From Candidatus Zambryskibacteria bacterium CG10_big_fil_rev_8_21_14_0_10_42_12 (GTDB taxonomy: Bacteria > Patescibacteriota > Minisyncoccia > Phycocordibacterales > 1-14-0-10-42-12), in assembly GCA_002787695.1 (NCBI GenBank), contig PCXL01000011.1, positions 1 through 58,851 of the forward strand: a DNA stretch of 58,851 nt, given 5' to 3'. Below are positions 9,240 through 18,591 of this stretch, in pieces. Position 1 is the first letter of the stretch. Each line of letters starts with the position of its first letter. Position numbers and translations under genes: made by a program. The notes beneath the pieces are model-generated. The model saw only the letters and a program-made list of their open reading frames with translations. It was not told the DNA's origin and did not search any database.

Positions 9240-10647
9240 GATGTTTAGGATAATTATGTTCAATAAAATCAGGAAGCAGACCAATGAGTCCTCCAAGGTT
9301 GCCTGATGTGACAAGGACAATCAGATCGTCCGGGTGTACCAATTCTTTTATTTTGTCGAGCGCTTCAGTTGATGAGTGAACAGCAAAAACTTTCGTGTTG
9401 TGTTGCTGTATGCGCGCAATGATTTCATCCAATGTTAGCTGGTCATGTGTGTCAGCGCCCTGGGTTGATGGTTCGTATACCAGGACAGTATCACTCGTAT
9501 CAAATACGTCGTCATAGTTGTGGATGTACGCTCTGTTACGCCAGCTGAATGTATGTGGCTCAAAGATGGTGAGTATTCTTCTTTGAGGGAAGTGGGTGTG
9601 GAGAGCAGCAAATGCAGTCTTGGCTTTCTCATACGATGAACCAAATGTCTCATATACTGATATAGAAGAATTCTGCGTTAATAATTCGAGTCTCCTCTTT
9701 ACTCCTTTAAACGTTGAAACTGCATGTTGAAATACTTCAGGCGAGATAATATTTTTTGGAAGCAGACATGCCGCTGCTGCTAGGATATTTTCAACATTGT
9801 GTTTACCTAAAAGTGTTGTGTCTATATCAATAATAGGTTGCTTTTTGTGCATCAGCGTAAAGGTGGTTGTTGTGCCAAATGAAATGGCCGTTGCGGACCA
9901 GTCGGCTTCTTCTGAAAAACCGTACGACGTTTTGTGTCCCGCAAAATTTTTACTGATGTCTGTTGCGTATTTTTCGTCAGCGTGGATTAAGGTGCCATTC
10001 TGTGGAATTGATTGCACTAATAACTTGAATGGTTCTAAGTATGATTCGTGCGTAGGAAAAATATTGATATGGTCGTGGATGGCACTTGTTAATACGACGT
10101 GGTCAGGCTTGTAATACAAAAATTTAGATGTGTTATCCCAGTTTGCTGACGGATACTCATCGCCTTCTAAAATAAAAAAATGGCCACTGCCGATATGACC
10201 ATGCATTGGAAAGTCATGAGTTACTTCACCGATGAAATAGCTAGGGTCTTGGTTAGCATCTGTCAGGCACCACGCGATAAGAGCAGTAAGCGTAGATTTT
10301 CCATATGAGCCGGCAACAACTATTCGTTCTTTATTTTTAGAAATTTCTTGAAGAATTTCTGGAAATGATTGTGTTGGTATATTGCGTCTTTTTGCTTCTG
10401 CTACTTCTGGATTTAATTCCGGAGTTAGACGTGCATTTTTTCCTATAATCACCACATCGACGTCATCCGGAATGTTGTCGGCGGCATAGTTTTTATTGTA
10501 TAGAATGCCGTATTGGTCGAGATATGTGCTCACAGGTGGATATGCACCTTCGTCAGATCCTGTGACCTCCCAACCGAGCTGTTTTAGCATAAGCGCAACA
10601 GCACTCATGCCCTTGCCGGCAATCCCTATAAAGTGAACTTTTTTCAT
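9226..10647 (-). CDS. mpl: Mur ligase, Mpl-like (UDP-MurNAc:tripeptide ligase) or divergent MurC
   Basis: HFIGIAGKGMS, GSD..AYPP, AGSYGKST, EGDEY, SKFLYYKP, DH.NIF, FKGVKRR, FEPHTFS. YPP and SKF.hY.P resemble Mpl more than MurC. Confidence 0.75.
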   Translation of the reverse strand: MKKVHFIGIAGKGMSAVALMLKQLGWEVTGSDEGAYPPVSTYLDQYGILYNKNYAADNIPDDVDVVIIGKNARLTPELNPEVAEAKRRNIPTQSFPEILQEISKNKERIVVAGSYGKSTLTALIAWCLTDANQDPSYFIGEVTHDFPMHGHIGSGHFFILEGDEYPSANWDNTSKFLYYKPDHVVLTSAIHDHINIFPTHESYLEPFKLLVQSIPQNGTLIHADEKYATDISKNFAGHKTSYGFSEEADWSATAISFGTTTTFTLMHKKQPIIDIDTTLLGKHNVENILAAAACLLPKNIISPEVFQHAVSTFKGVKRRLELLTQNSSISVYETFGSSYEKAKTAFAALHTHFPQRRILTIFEPHTFSWRNRAYIHNYDDVFDTSDTVLVYEPSTQGADTHDQLTLDEIIARIQQHNTKVFAVHSSTEALDKIKELVHPDDLIVLVTSGNLGGLIGLLPDFIEHNYPKHHEDF

Positions 10648-10722
10648 TATTGAGCATCATACCACGCTCAATATTGACTGTTAATTTGGAGAACAGGGGC
10701 AATTTCCTTTATAATCATGTAC

Positions 10723-11250
10723 ATGATTACTAAAACACGACTTCAATTCCTCGCCGCATTATTTCTAGTAGCACTTCCATTTTTAGGTATACCAGCATGG
10801 CTTGATACGATTCTTGTTTCGGCAAGCGGTCTTTTTATTGCGTTCACTACATTTTTGACTGCACGTGAAAGAAGGTTGCGAAGAAGAACTGCAAACATGA
10901 TTGATGCCCCAAAAGAGGTAGATGTTGCTGTTGCATTTGAAAAAAGACCGGCTGAAGCAGTGATAGCTAAACCAAAACGAACACGTAAAAAAAGTGTGAA
11001 GGAAGTCGTACAGCAAGACACAGCTCCCGTTGAACCAGTTTTAACACCGACTCCTGAAGTCGTTGAAGTGCATACACCTGAAGTACAACCAGAACCAGAA
11101 GTAGTACAACCAGAACCGGAACCAGAAGAGAATACATATGGCAATGAGCCGGTGCCATCTCCGATAGACCCACATACGATGATAAAGAAAGTTTCTCGAA
11201 GAAGAGTTAAAACTCCTGTTCTTGTTAATGACACAGAAGATACGGAATAA
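10723..11250 (+). CDS. Membrane protein with two N-terminal TM helices and a Pro/Glu-rich tail
   Basis: Hydrophobic N-terminus, then EP/VQPEPE low-complexity region; ATG 10723 lies 7 nt after TATAAT. Confidence 0.8.
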   Translation: MITKTRLQFLAALFLVALPFLGIPAWLDTILVSASGLFIAFTTFLTARERRLRRRTANMIDAPKEVDVAVAFEKRPAEAVIAKPKRTRKKSVKEVVQQDTAPVEPVLTPTPEVVEVHTPEVQPEPEVVQPEPEPEENTYGNEPVPSPIDPHTMIKKVSRRRVKTPVLVNDTEDTE

Positions 11251-11252
11251 AC

Positions 11253-12551
11253 ATGGCGCGTAAACCTCTATCTCGTACAGGTGTTTTTGTGATAAGCACC
11301 TTTGGGGTTTTACTTATTGCATTTGTAATTTACACAGTTCCCAAGTTATCTCAATTTACCTACGAATCAATTGATGTTGCGGGACTAGAGGAAGAAATGG
11401 TCTCAGAAGTAGATGTAATAAAAAAGAATGTATATAAAGCAAAACATCTAAAAACCCCCGATGCGGTGAAGGCAATTTATATGACAAGTTGGATTGCGGG
11501 CACGCCGTCTTTGCGGCAATCTCGTGTTATTGATGTGATTGATACAACAGAGATCAACAGTGTGGTAATTGATATTAAAGATGATACGGGTAAAATTTCA
11601 TTTATTACGGATGACCCGATGATTGAAGAACTTGGTTGGTCCGAGAATCGTGTGGCAGACATGAAAGATCTTATTGAAATGCTTCATGAGAAAGATATTT
11701 ACGTGATCGGACGACTGGCTGTGTTCCAAGATCCCTATATGACAAAAACGCGACCGGATCTTGCAGCAAAGTTTGCAAGTGATCCAACGAAAGTTTGGAC
11801 AGACAGAAAGGGGCTTTCGTGGATTGATCCGGGCGCTAAGGAATATTGGGATATGATTGCACGCATCGCGTTTGCTGCGCATCGCATAGGCTTTGATGAA
11901 ATAAATTTTGATTACATACGGTTTCCGTCAGACGGTAATGTGGACGATATTTATTATCCGTTTAGTGGCAATCGTATACTTGCATCCTCTTTTCATATGG
12001 AGAAGGCGAGAATTATCCAAGAGTTTTGGAAATATTTGTATGACGAAGTGCGGAATGGAAAAGACCCTATTACGGGAGACAAGTTTGAAGGGAAAATTTC
12101 AGCCGATATTTTTGGCATGACCACGACTGCGAGTGATGATATGCGGATTGGGCAAGTGTTTGAATATGCACTTCCGTATTTTGATTATATTGCACCGATG
12201 GTGTATCCGTCACATTATCCGACAGGCTTTTACGGAATTACTAATGTAAACGCTGTTCCCGGCACAGTGATATCTATTTCAATGGGTGAGGCGGTGCGTA
12301 GAGTGGAAGCGACAAGTACGATTCATTTGTTACCAGGCGAATCACAGATTGCATCTTCTACTTTGTTTACTAAAAAGTCATATGACAGAAACAAGCTACG
12401 TCCATGGCTGCAGGACAATGATTATCCGGTTCATTACACAGCCGAGATGGTCCGTGCACAGATAGATGCAAGCGAAGCACTTGGACTGAACTCTTGGATG
12501 CTCTGGGATCCTGCAAATACATATACAATTTCTGCGTTATTACCAGAATAG
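11253..12551 (+). CDS. Putative glycoside hydrolase, DUF4015 family, membrane-anchored
   Basis: KAIYMT, VIDIKDDTG, GFDEINFDYIRFP, SADIFG, PMVYPSHY, LRPWLQD, WMLWDPANTY. Confidence 0.85.
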   Translation: MARKPLSRTGVFVISTFGVLLIAFVIYTVPKLSQFTYESIDVAGLEEEMVSEVDVIKKNVYKAKHLKTPDAVKAIYMTSWIAGTPSLRQSRVIDVIDTTEINSVVIDIKDDTGKISFITDDPMIEELGWSENRVADMKDLIEMLHEKDIYVIGRLAVFQDPYMTKTRPDLAAKFASDPTKVWTDRKGLSWIDPGAKEYWDMIARIAFAAHRIGFDEINFDYIRFPSDGNVDDIYYPFSGNRILASSFHMEKARIIQEFWKYLYDEVRNGKDPITGDKFEGKISADIFGMTTTASDDMRIGQVFEYALPYFDYIAPMVYPSHYPTGFYGITNVNAVPGTVISISMGEAVRRVEATSTIHLLPGESQIASSTLFTKKSYDRNKLRPWLQDNDYPVHYTAEMVRAQIDASEALGLNSWMLWDPANTYTISALLPE

Positions 12552-12588
12552 ATCAAAATAATTTTGCTATACTTTAAGCAAGATTCTC

Positions 12589-14379
12589 ATGGATAACCAA
12601 GAGCAGATCACATATTTTGCGGAGACAGATGCACGTGGTAAACGTGTACCTTTTGGTATAAAAGCAAAAGATAGAACAAAGCACATGTATGTGATCGGCA
12701 AAACTGGTATGGGTAAGTCAACACTACTTGAGAATTTGGCAATCCAAGATATTAAAAACGGAAACGGGCTTTGCTTTATGGATCCGCACGGAAAGACTGC
12801 AGAATTACTCCTTGAGTACATTCCAAAGGAGCGCATGGATGATGTATTGTATTTTGCACCATTTGACCTCGATAACCCTATTTCGTTTAACATTATGGAA
12901 GATGTCGGATATGACAAGCGCCATTTGGTTGTGTCTGGACTCATGTCTGCCTTTAAGAAAATTTGGCTAGATGCATGGAGTGCTCGTATGGAGTATATTC
13001 TCACGAATACACTTCTGGCACTTCTTGAATACCCGGATGCGACACTGCTGTCGGTTAATCGTATGTATACGGACAAGGCGTATCGTAAAAAAGTAGTTGA
13101 AAATGTGACAGATGCGACGGTAAAAGCTTTTTGGACAGAAGAGTTTGCAAACTATACGGACAGATTTACACAAGATGCAACCCCGGCTATTCAAAACAAA
13201 GTTGGACAATTCACCTCGAACCCGGTTATCCGCAACATCATTGGACAACCGAAATCTTCTTTCGATCTTCGTGAAATCATGGATCAGAAAAAGATTTTAA
13301 TCGTGAACCTTTCCAAGGGGCGCGTAGGGGAAACAAATGCGAATCTGCTCGGTAGTATGCTCATCACCAAGATCTATCTGGCCGCTATGAGCAGAGCAGA
13401 TGCGGGAGATCAAGCGATTTCCAAAATGCCAAATTTCTACCTGTATGTGGACGAATTTCAGTCTTTTGCCAATGAATCGTTTGCAGATATTCTCTCAGAG
13501 GCACGTAAATATAAGCTTAACCTCACGATGGCGCACCAGTATATCGAACAAATGGCGGAAGAAGTGCGTTCGGCAGTCTTTGGAAACGTAGGAACGATGA
13601 TCACGTTTCGTGTGGGTGCCTATGATGCTGAAGTTTTAGAAAAAGAATTTGCACCCGTGTTTACCGCAGAAGATTTAGTGAATCTAGGGTTTACACAGAT
13701 TTATCTCAAACTCATGATTGATGGGGTATCGAGTCAGCCGTTTTCTGCAACAACTCTTCCTCCCTTACCTCATCCGGAAGATTCTCTTGTAGAAAATCTC
13801 ATAAAATCCTCTAAAGAGAAATTTGGTAAACCACGTGCTGAAGTTGAACAGGCTATACATGAATGGTATCAGGATGGCGCAAAACCTGCTCAAAATGAGC
13901 AAAAAAAAGATACAAAAGATGTGTCTGCGAAAAAAGATATTGGCACACATGATAGTCGTTCACATAAACCAATTTCAGATAAACCAAGAGACAAGAAACC
14001 TCATGTGCACGAGGTGCCCAAGATGGACGGCGCGACATCTATTAAAGAAGCAATGGAAAAAGCTCTCGATAGGACAGATGACAAAGGAAATTCTGAAAAA
14101 AATGAATCATTGCCACTTTCAACGCTTTTAAGTGACAAACAAAAGAAAGCTAACCCATCACCAGAGAAGGTGTCTTCTCTCAAGGATGCACTCTCTGAAC
14201 TCATGAAAAAGCATCCTCAGAACAATAGTCAAAAACAAAAAAGAAATGATGTTCCTCCTAAAAAAGTGGAGAGACGGGAAGCACAAAAAAGTGATCAACA
14301 GGTGACCGCCAATGAAAGTTCTCACAAAGAACAGGCAGGAGTTTCCCCTGATGAGCTCAAGAAAATTTTTGCAGATTAG
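12589..14379 (+). CDS. Type IV secretion coupling-protein-like ATPase (VirD4/TrwB family) with charged C-terminal tail
   Basis: Walker A GKTGMGKS, MDPHG, Walker B LYVDEFQ, SEARKY, AHQY..Q, FGNVGT. Confidence 0.88.
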   Translation: MDNQEQITYFAETDARGKRVPFGIKAKDRTKHMYVIGKTGMGKSTLLENLAIQDIKNGNGLCFMDPHGKTAELLLEYIPKERMDDVLYFAPFDLDNPISFNIMEDVGYDKRHLVVSGLMSAFKKIWLDAWSARMEYILTNTLLALLEYPDATLLSVNRMYTDKAYRKKVVENVTDATVKAFWTEEFANYTDRFTQDATPAIQNKVGQFTSNPVIRNIIGQPKSSFDLREIMDQKKILIVNLSKGRVGETNANLLGSMLITKIYLAAMSRADAGDQAISKMPNFYLYVDEFQSFANESFADILSEARKYKLNLTMAHQYIEQMAEEVRSAVFGNVGTMITFRVGAYDAEVLEKEFAPVFTAEDLVNLGFTQIYLKLMIDGVSSQPFSATTLPPLPHPEDSLVENLIKSSKEKFGKPRAEVEQAIHEWYQDGAKPAQNEQKKDTKDVSAKKDIGTHDSRSHKPISDKPRDKKPHVHEVPKMDGATSIKEAMEKALDRTDDKGNSEKNESLPLSTLLSDKQKKANPSPEKVSSLKDALSELMKKHPQNNSQKQKRNDVPPKKVERREAQKSDQQVTANESSHKEQAGVSPDELKKIFAD

Positions 14380-14853
14380 CATATACAAATAATATTTTTA
14401 CGAATCTACAAATGACTACAAATCGGAATGTGTCTAAAGAAATGGAAAAAGTCATTTACCCGCAATTATCCTATTCTCTTACAGGTATATTGTTTAAAGT
14501 TCATAATGAATTGGGACAGTATGCACGAGAAAAACAATATGGCGATTTGCTGGAGTCTTATTTAAAAGAGGCATGTATATCTTATAAACGAGAATTGAAC
14601 CTAGGAGATAGTGGTAATATTCTTGATTTTGTTATAGATAATAAAATTATCTTAGAATTGAAAGCGGTACGAGTGATCACGGGGGAGTCTTTTAGGCAGG
14701 TACAAAATTACCTACAGCAAAGTCACTTGAAGTTGGGTATATTGGTGAATTTTCGGGCAAAATATTTAAAACCTGCTCGAGTACTTCGAATTGATGGCCT
14801 GCATCATTTGTAGCCATTCGTTATAATTCGCATTATTTGTAGATTTGTATATG
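14380..14853. mobile_element. Stem-bracketed single-gene cassette carrying the GxxExxY gene
   Basis: Inverted repeats CATATACAAAT (14380-14390)/ATTTGTATATG (14843-14853) and CTACAAATG (14406-14414)/CATTTGTAG (14805-14813). Mobility is inferred, not shown. Confidence 0.5.
14412..14813 (+). CDS. GxxExxY protein (PD-(D/E)XK nuclease fold)
   Basis: VHNELG.YAREKQY (variant motif), DFVIDNKIILELKAV, QVQNYL, LGILVNF. Start could be 14442. Confidence 0.88.
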   Translation: MTTNRNVSKEMEKVIYPQLSYSLTGILFKVHNELGQYAREKQYGDLLESYLKEACISYKRELNLGDSGNILDFVIDNKIILELKAVRVITGESFRQVQNYLQQSHLKLGILVNFRAKYLKPARVLRIDGLHHL

Positions 14854-15993
14854 AAAAAAGTACTCATTTGTGCAACTGATTACCTTCCTCATGTTGGCGG
14901 GGCAGAACTTGCTGTATCTGAAATCGCAAAACGTTTGGCATCACAGGGATATATTTTTGATCTTATAACAGCACGGTTAGATACGAAACTTCCACGGTAT
15001 GAATATATCGATGGTGTCCATGTATTTCGTGTAGGCTTTGGTTTTTGGTTTGATAAGTTTCTACTTCCATGTCTGGGCCTTATGCGATATGTGTCGCTCA
15101 GCAGAAGACCGTATGACGTTGTCTGGTCATTGATGGCGAGTCAAGGTTCTGTGTTGGCGTCATGCATTTCGATCATCTCTAAAACTCCTCTCTTACTCAC
15201 TCTGCAAGAAGGAGATGAAGAAGAACATCTCGCGCGCTATGCCTTGGGCAGTCGCTTGTTATACCGATTGTTCATTAGACCTTGGCATGCACTTGTTTTT
15301 AAGAGGGCAAAACGCATCACGGCAATCAGTGAACACTTGAAGGTGCGGGCTGAACAACGTTCTCGTGCTCCTGTTGATATTGTGCCAAACGGTGTGAATC
15401 TTACTCATTTTAGCCAAGTCGATGATCAGCTGGTTGAACGTATTAAACAAACATATAACTTGGTTGGTAAAAAAGTTGTCGTATCGGTTTCTCGGTTGGT
15501 TAAGAAAAATAATATAGCAATGCTTGTTCGAGCATTCACACACGTGCTGGAAGATACGATGTTGTTTGTGGTAGGTGAAGGAGATCAAAAAAAATCGCTG
15601 GAATTACTGGTGGGTGCGCGTACCCTCTCCCACAGAGTCGTGTTTGTAGGTAGTGTTGATCCAAAAGAGGTTCCAGCATATGTGCATGCAGGAGATGTCT
15701 TTGCGAGAGTTTCTCTGTCTGAAGGATTTGGCAGTGCGTTTCTAGAGGCGTTTGCGGCCGGCGTACCAGTTGTTGCATCTCCGGTCGGTGGGATTGTCGA
15801 TATTGTAAAAGACGGTGAAACTGGTTTGCTTGTATCACCTGATGATGAACATGCTATTGCTCAAGCCATTGAAAGACTGTTTGCAGATGAACATCTTCGG
15901 CAAACACTTATCGATAATAGTAAAGTGATGGCACAAAAATACAGCTGGGATACTGTCGCAGATCTTATGAGACAATCATTTGACCAAATGTAA
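14851..15993 (+). CDS. Glycosyltransferase family 4
   Basis: YLPHVGGAE, IVPNGV, SRLVKK, EGFGSAFLEAFAAGVPVV. Confidence 0.92.
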   Translation: MKKVLICATDYLPHVGGAELAVSEIAKRLASQGYIFDLITARLDTKLPRYEYIDGVHVFRVGFGFWFDKFLLPCLGLMRYVSLSRRPYDVVWSLMASQGSVLASCISIISKTPLLLTLQEGDEEEHLARYALGSRLLYRLFIRPWHALVFKRAKRITAISEHLKVRAEQRSRAPVDIVPNGVNLTHFSQVDDQLVERIKQTYNLVGKKVVVSVSRLVKKNNIAMLVRAFTHVLEDTMLFVVGEGDQKKSLELLVGARTLSHRVVFVGSVDPKEVPAYVHAGDVFARVSLSEGFGSAFLEAFAAGVPVVASPVGGIVDIVKDGETGLLVSPDDEHAIAQAIERLFADEHLRQTLIDNSKVMAQKYSWDTVADLMRQSFDQM

Positions 15994-16014
15994 TCTAAAG
16001 CGCAGTATACCTCT

Positions 16015-17049
16015 ATGAACTCAAAAACTCAGAAGGTGTTATTGATCTCGGGAATCGTTTTCCCTGAGATAGGTGGACCTGCTACGTATGTACATAATTT
16101 ACAAAAGGAATTACGCCGTAAAGGGTTTACAGTTGATCTGATTTCGTATAATGCTTTTACTCGAAAACTACCAATCGGAATCAGACATCTTGCGCTCTGG
16201 CTCCAACTGCTTGTAAAAGGTTTGTTTTACGATCAGATGTGGGCTTTTGATGTTTTTTCAGCGGGCGTTCCTGCATATTTTGCTGCAAAGATTTTGAAAA
16301 AAAATTTTTTGGTACGGATTGGTGGCGACTCGCTCTGGGAGGCATACATTGCTCGTACAGAGGAAATGATCTTGCTTTCAGATTTTTATAAAGAAAAAAG
16401 ACAGTATACATTAAAAGAAAAGTTAATGTCTTGGTCAATACGACAAGTTGTCTCGGGTGCTGATGCGGTGGTCTTTAGCACACAATGGATGTATGACATT
16501 TGGAAACAACCATATCAGATTTGTAAAGATTCTGTGTATATTATTGAAAATGCCTACGTACCGTATGACCTACGTAACGAAAATAATAATCAGGTAGTAG
16601 AAGGTCAAAAGATTTTTGTGTGCCCAACCAGGGAAACGTTCTTTAAAAATAAAAAAATGCTTATAGAAGTATTCGAGCAATTGAGTAAACCTAACGATGA
16701 TATTGCACTTGATACAAAACCGCTCTCACATAAAGAGCATATAAGACGCATTAAGGCATCATATGCAGTTGTGATCCCGTCTCTTTCCGAAGTTAGCCCC
16801 AACCTATTACTTGATGCAATGTCAGTCGGTATACCATATATTATGACCAAAGATTCGGGATACGCTTATAGGTTTCCTGGTTGTGGCATATTGGTTGATC
16901 CGAGATCGCGAGAAGATCTTAAACATGCAATGACAAAAATATTAGATCCGCAAATATACATATCACTGAAAGAGCGGGCAAAGCATGTGCGTATCAACAG
17001 AACATATGCTGATGTTACGCTTGATTTTGAGCATAATTTTTTAAAGTAA
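16015..17049 (+). CDS. Glycosyltransferase family 4
   Basis: FPEIGGPATY, PSLSEVSPNLLLDAMSVGIP. Confidence 0.88.
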   Translation: MNSKTQKVLLISGIVFPEIGGPATYVHNLQKELRRKGFTVDLISYNAFTRKLPIGIRHLALWLQLLVKGLFYDQMWAFDVFSAGVPAYFAAKILKKNFLVRIGGDSLWEAYIARTEEMILLSDFYKEKRQYTLKEKLMSWSIRQVVSGADAVVFSTQWMYDIWKQPYQICKDSVYIIENAYVPYDLRNENNNQVVEGQKIFVCPTRETFFKNKKMLIEVFEQLSKPNDDIALDTKPLSHKEHIRRIKASYAVVIPSLSEVSPNLLLDAMSVGIPYIMTKDSGYAYRFPGCGILVDPRSREDLKHAMTKILDPQIYISLKERAKHVRINRTYADVTLDFEHNFLK

Positions 17050-17051
17050 AT

Positions 17052-18164
17052 ATGGAACGTATAACTGTACTTTCAATCGGTTCAGATAGAATGATGGCGG
17101 ATGTTAATAGTCGTGTTGCAGAGAGAGCACGGTTGTACGGAAAGGCATTTCATAAGATGTACACTATTGTTTTTTCGTTGAAACAACACCATACTCCGCA
17201 ACAGGTATCTTTAGGCAAAAATATAGAACTATTTTTTACAAATTCTAATCATCGTTCGTCTTATATTTTTGATGCTCTTCATATTGCAAAAAAAATAATA
17301 CAACAATCACAAAACAATACGTTAGTGATTTCGACGCAAGATCCATTTGAAGCTGGATTGGTGGGACTACTCCTTTCAAAAAAATTTAATATTCCTTTGC
17401 ATGTACAAATACATACAGATATTGGCAGTACTTTTTTTCGTACCCAGTCTATTCTCAACAGAGTAAGATTGTTTATAGCGCGTTTTGTATTGAAACAGGC
17501 AAAGGGTGTGCGAGTAGTCTCACCAGGTATCAAAAAATATCTTGTTGAGACATATGGTATGTCTGAATCCCAGATAACCGTGTTGCCTATTACTGGCAAT
17601 TTTCAGCCCATGCCTCGCCATGAGCCAACGGAGTATTACGTTTTAATGGTGTCTCGTTTGGAAAAAGAAAAACGTATTGATCGAGCACTTCAGATTTTTA
17701 AAGAAGTTCTCGTAAAGAAACCAGACCTCATACTTAAAATTGCTGGCAAGGGCAGGGAGGAGAAAAAACTCAAACAATTAGTGAAGAAGATTGGAATTGA
17801 AAATAATGTGCAGTTTCTTGGTGACGTACAAGATGTAGCGTTGCTGTATGCGCAGGCATCTTGTTTATTACATGCGGCAGCCTATGAGGGATTTGGTATG
17901 GTGCTGTATGAAGCAATGCAGACAGGGTGCCCTATTGTAACCACGCGGGTTGGTATTGCGTCGGATCTCCAAGAGAAACATTACGACATTACTGTTTGTG
18001 ATCTTAAGGATACAGATAAAATGTCACGGGCGATCGAATTTTATGCGAGTGAATTTAAGAAAAGTCATCCAGTCAATCTTGAATTTGTGGCTTCGGATAA
18101 GGATATATACATTAAGCACTATGTACAGTCTATCTGCCAAGCTTTAGGTACCAAGCTGGTATAA
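17052..18164 (+). CDS. Glycosyltransferase family 4
   Basis: SRLEKEK, AGKG, YEGFGMVLYEAMQTGCPIVTT. Confidence 0.9.
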   Translation: MERITVLSIGSDRMMADVNSRVAERARLYGKAFHKMYTIVFSLKQHHTPQQVSLGKNIELFFTNSNHRSSYIFDALHIAKKIIQQSQNNTLVISTQDPFEAGLVGLLLSKKFNIPLHVQIHTDIGSTFFRTQSILNRVRLFIARFVLKQAKGVRVVSPGIKKYLVETYGMSESQITVLPITGNFQPMPRHEPTEYYVLMVSRLEKEKRIDRALQIFKEVLVKKPDLILKIAGKGREEKKLKQLVKKIGIENNVQFLGDVQDVALLYAQASCLLHAAAYEGFGMVLYEAMQTGCPIVTTRVGIASDLQEKHYDITVCDLKDTDKMSRAIEFYASEFKKSHPVNLEFVASDKDIYIKHYVQSICQALGTKLV

Positions 18165-18173
18165 TTAACAAAT

Positions 18174-18590
18174 ATGTATTGGATTATTAAAGACGTTATT
18201 AAAAACCCTCATATTGCTGTGAGATATTTGCTTGCGGGTACAGTGGGGGCTTTTTCAAATGTTTTTTCATTCTATCTGTTTACACACTATCTCGATATTT
18301 GGTATGTATTGGCGGCTGTGATGGCAGCGTTTGTAGGTTATGTGACCGCTTTTTGCCTTCAAAAGTACTGGACATTTGGGGACTACAATCATCAAAAGTT
18401 TACTCGTCAGGCTCTCGCATACTTGGCGGTTACGTGTCTTAATATGCTTGGAGGAATTGCGATCCTTACGTTTCTGGTTGAGGTTGTATTATGGGGGCAC
18501 GTTGTGTCACAAACAATTGCTGTGTGCACGATGTCGATTACCAGTTTTGTAATAAATCGACATGTGACGTTTAATCACGACATTATCTGA
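18174..18590 (+). CDS. GtrA-family flippase-like protein
   Basis: 138 aa, four TM segments, RYLLAG...QKYWTF...INRHVTF. Confidence 0.88.
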   Translation: MYWIIKDVIKNPHIAVRYLLAGTVGAFSNVFSFYLFTHYLDIWYVLAAVMAAFVGYVTAFCLQKYWTFGDYNHQKFTRQALAYLAVTCLNMLGGIAILTFLVEVVLWGHVVSQTIAVCTMSITSFVINRHVTFNHDII

Positions 18591-18591
18591 T

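Noticed and set aside
12589-14379. Conjugative element or ICE
   Set aside because: Only a coupling-like ATPase is present; no relaxase, VirB4, integrase or att sites.
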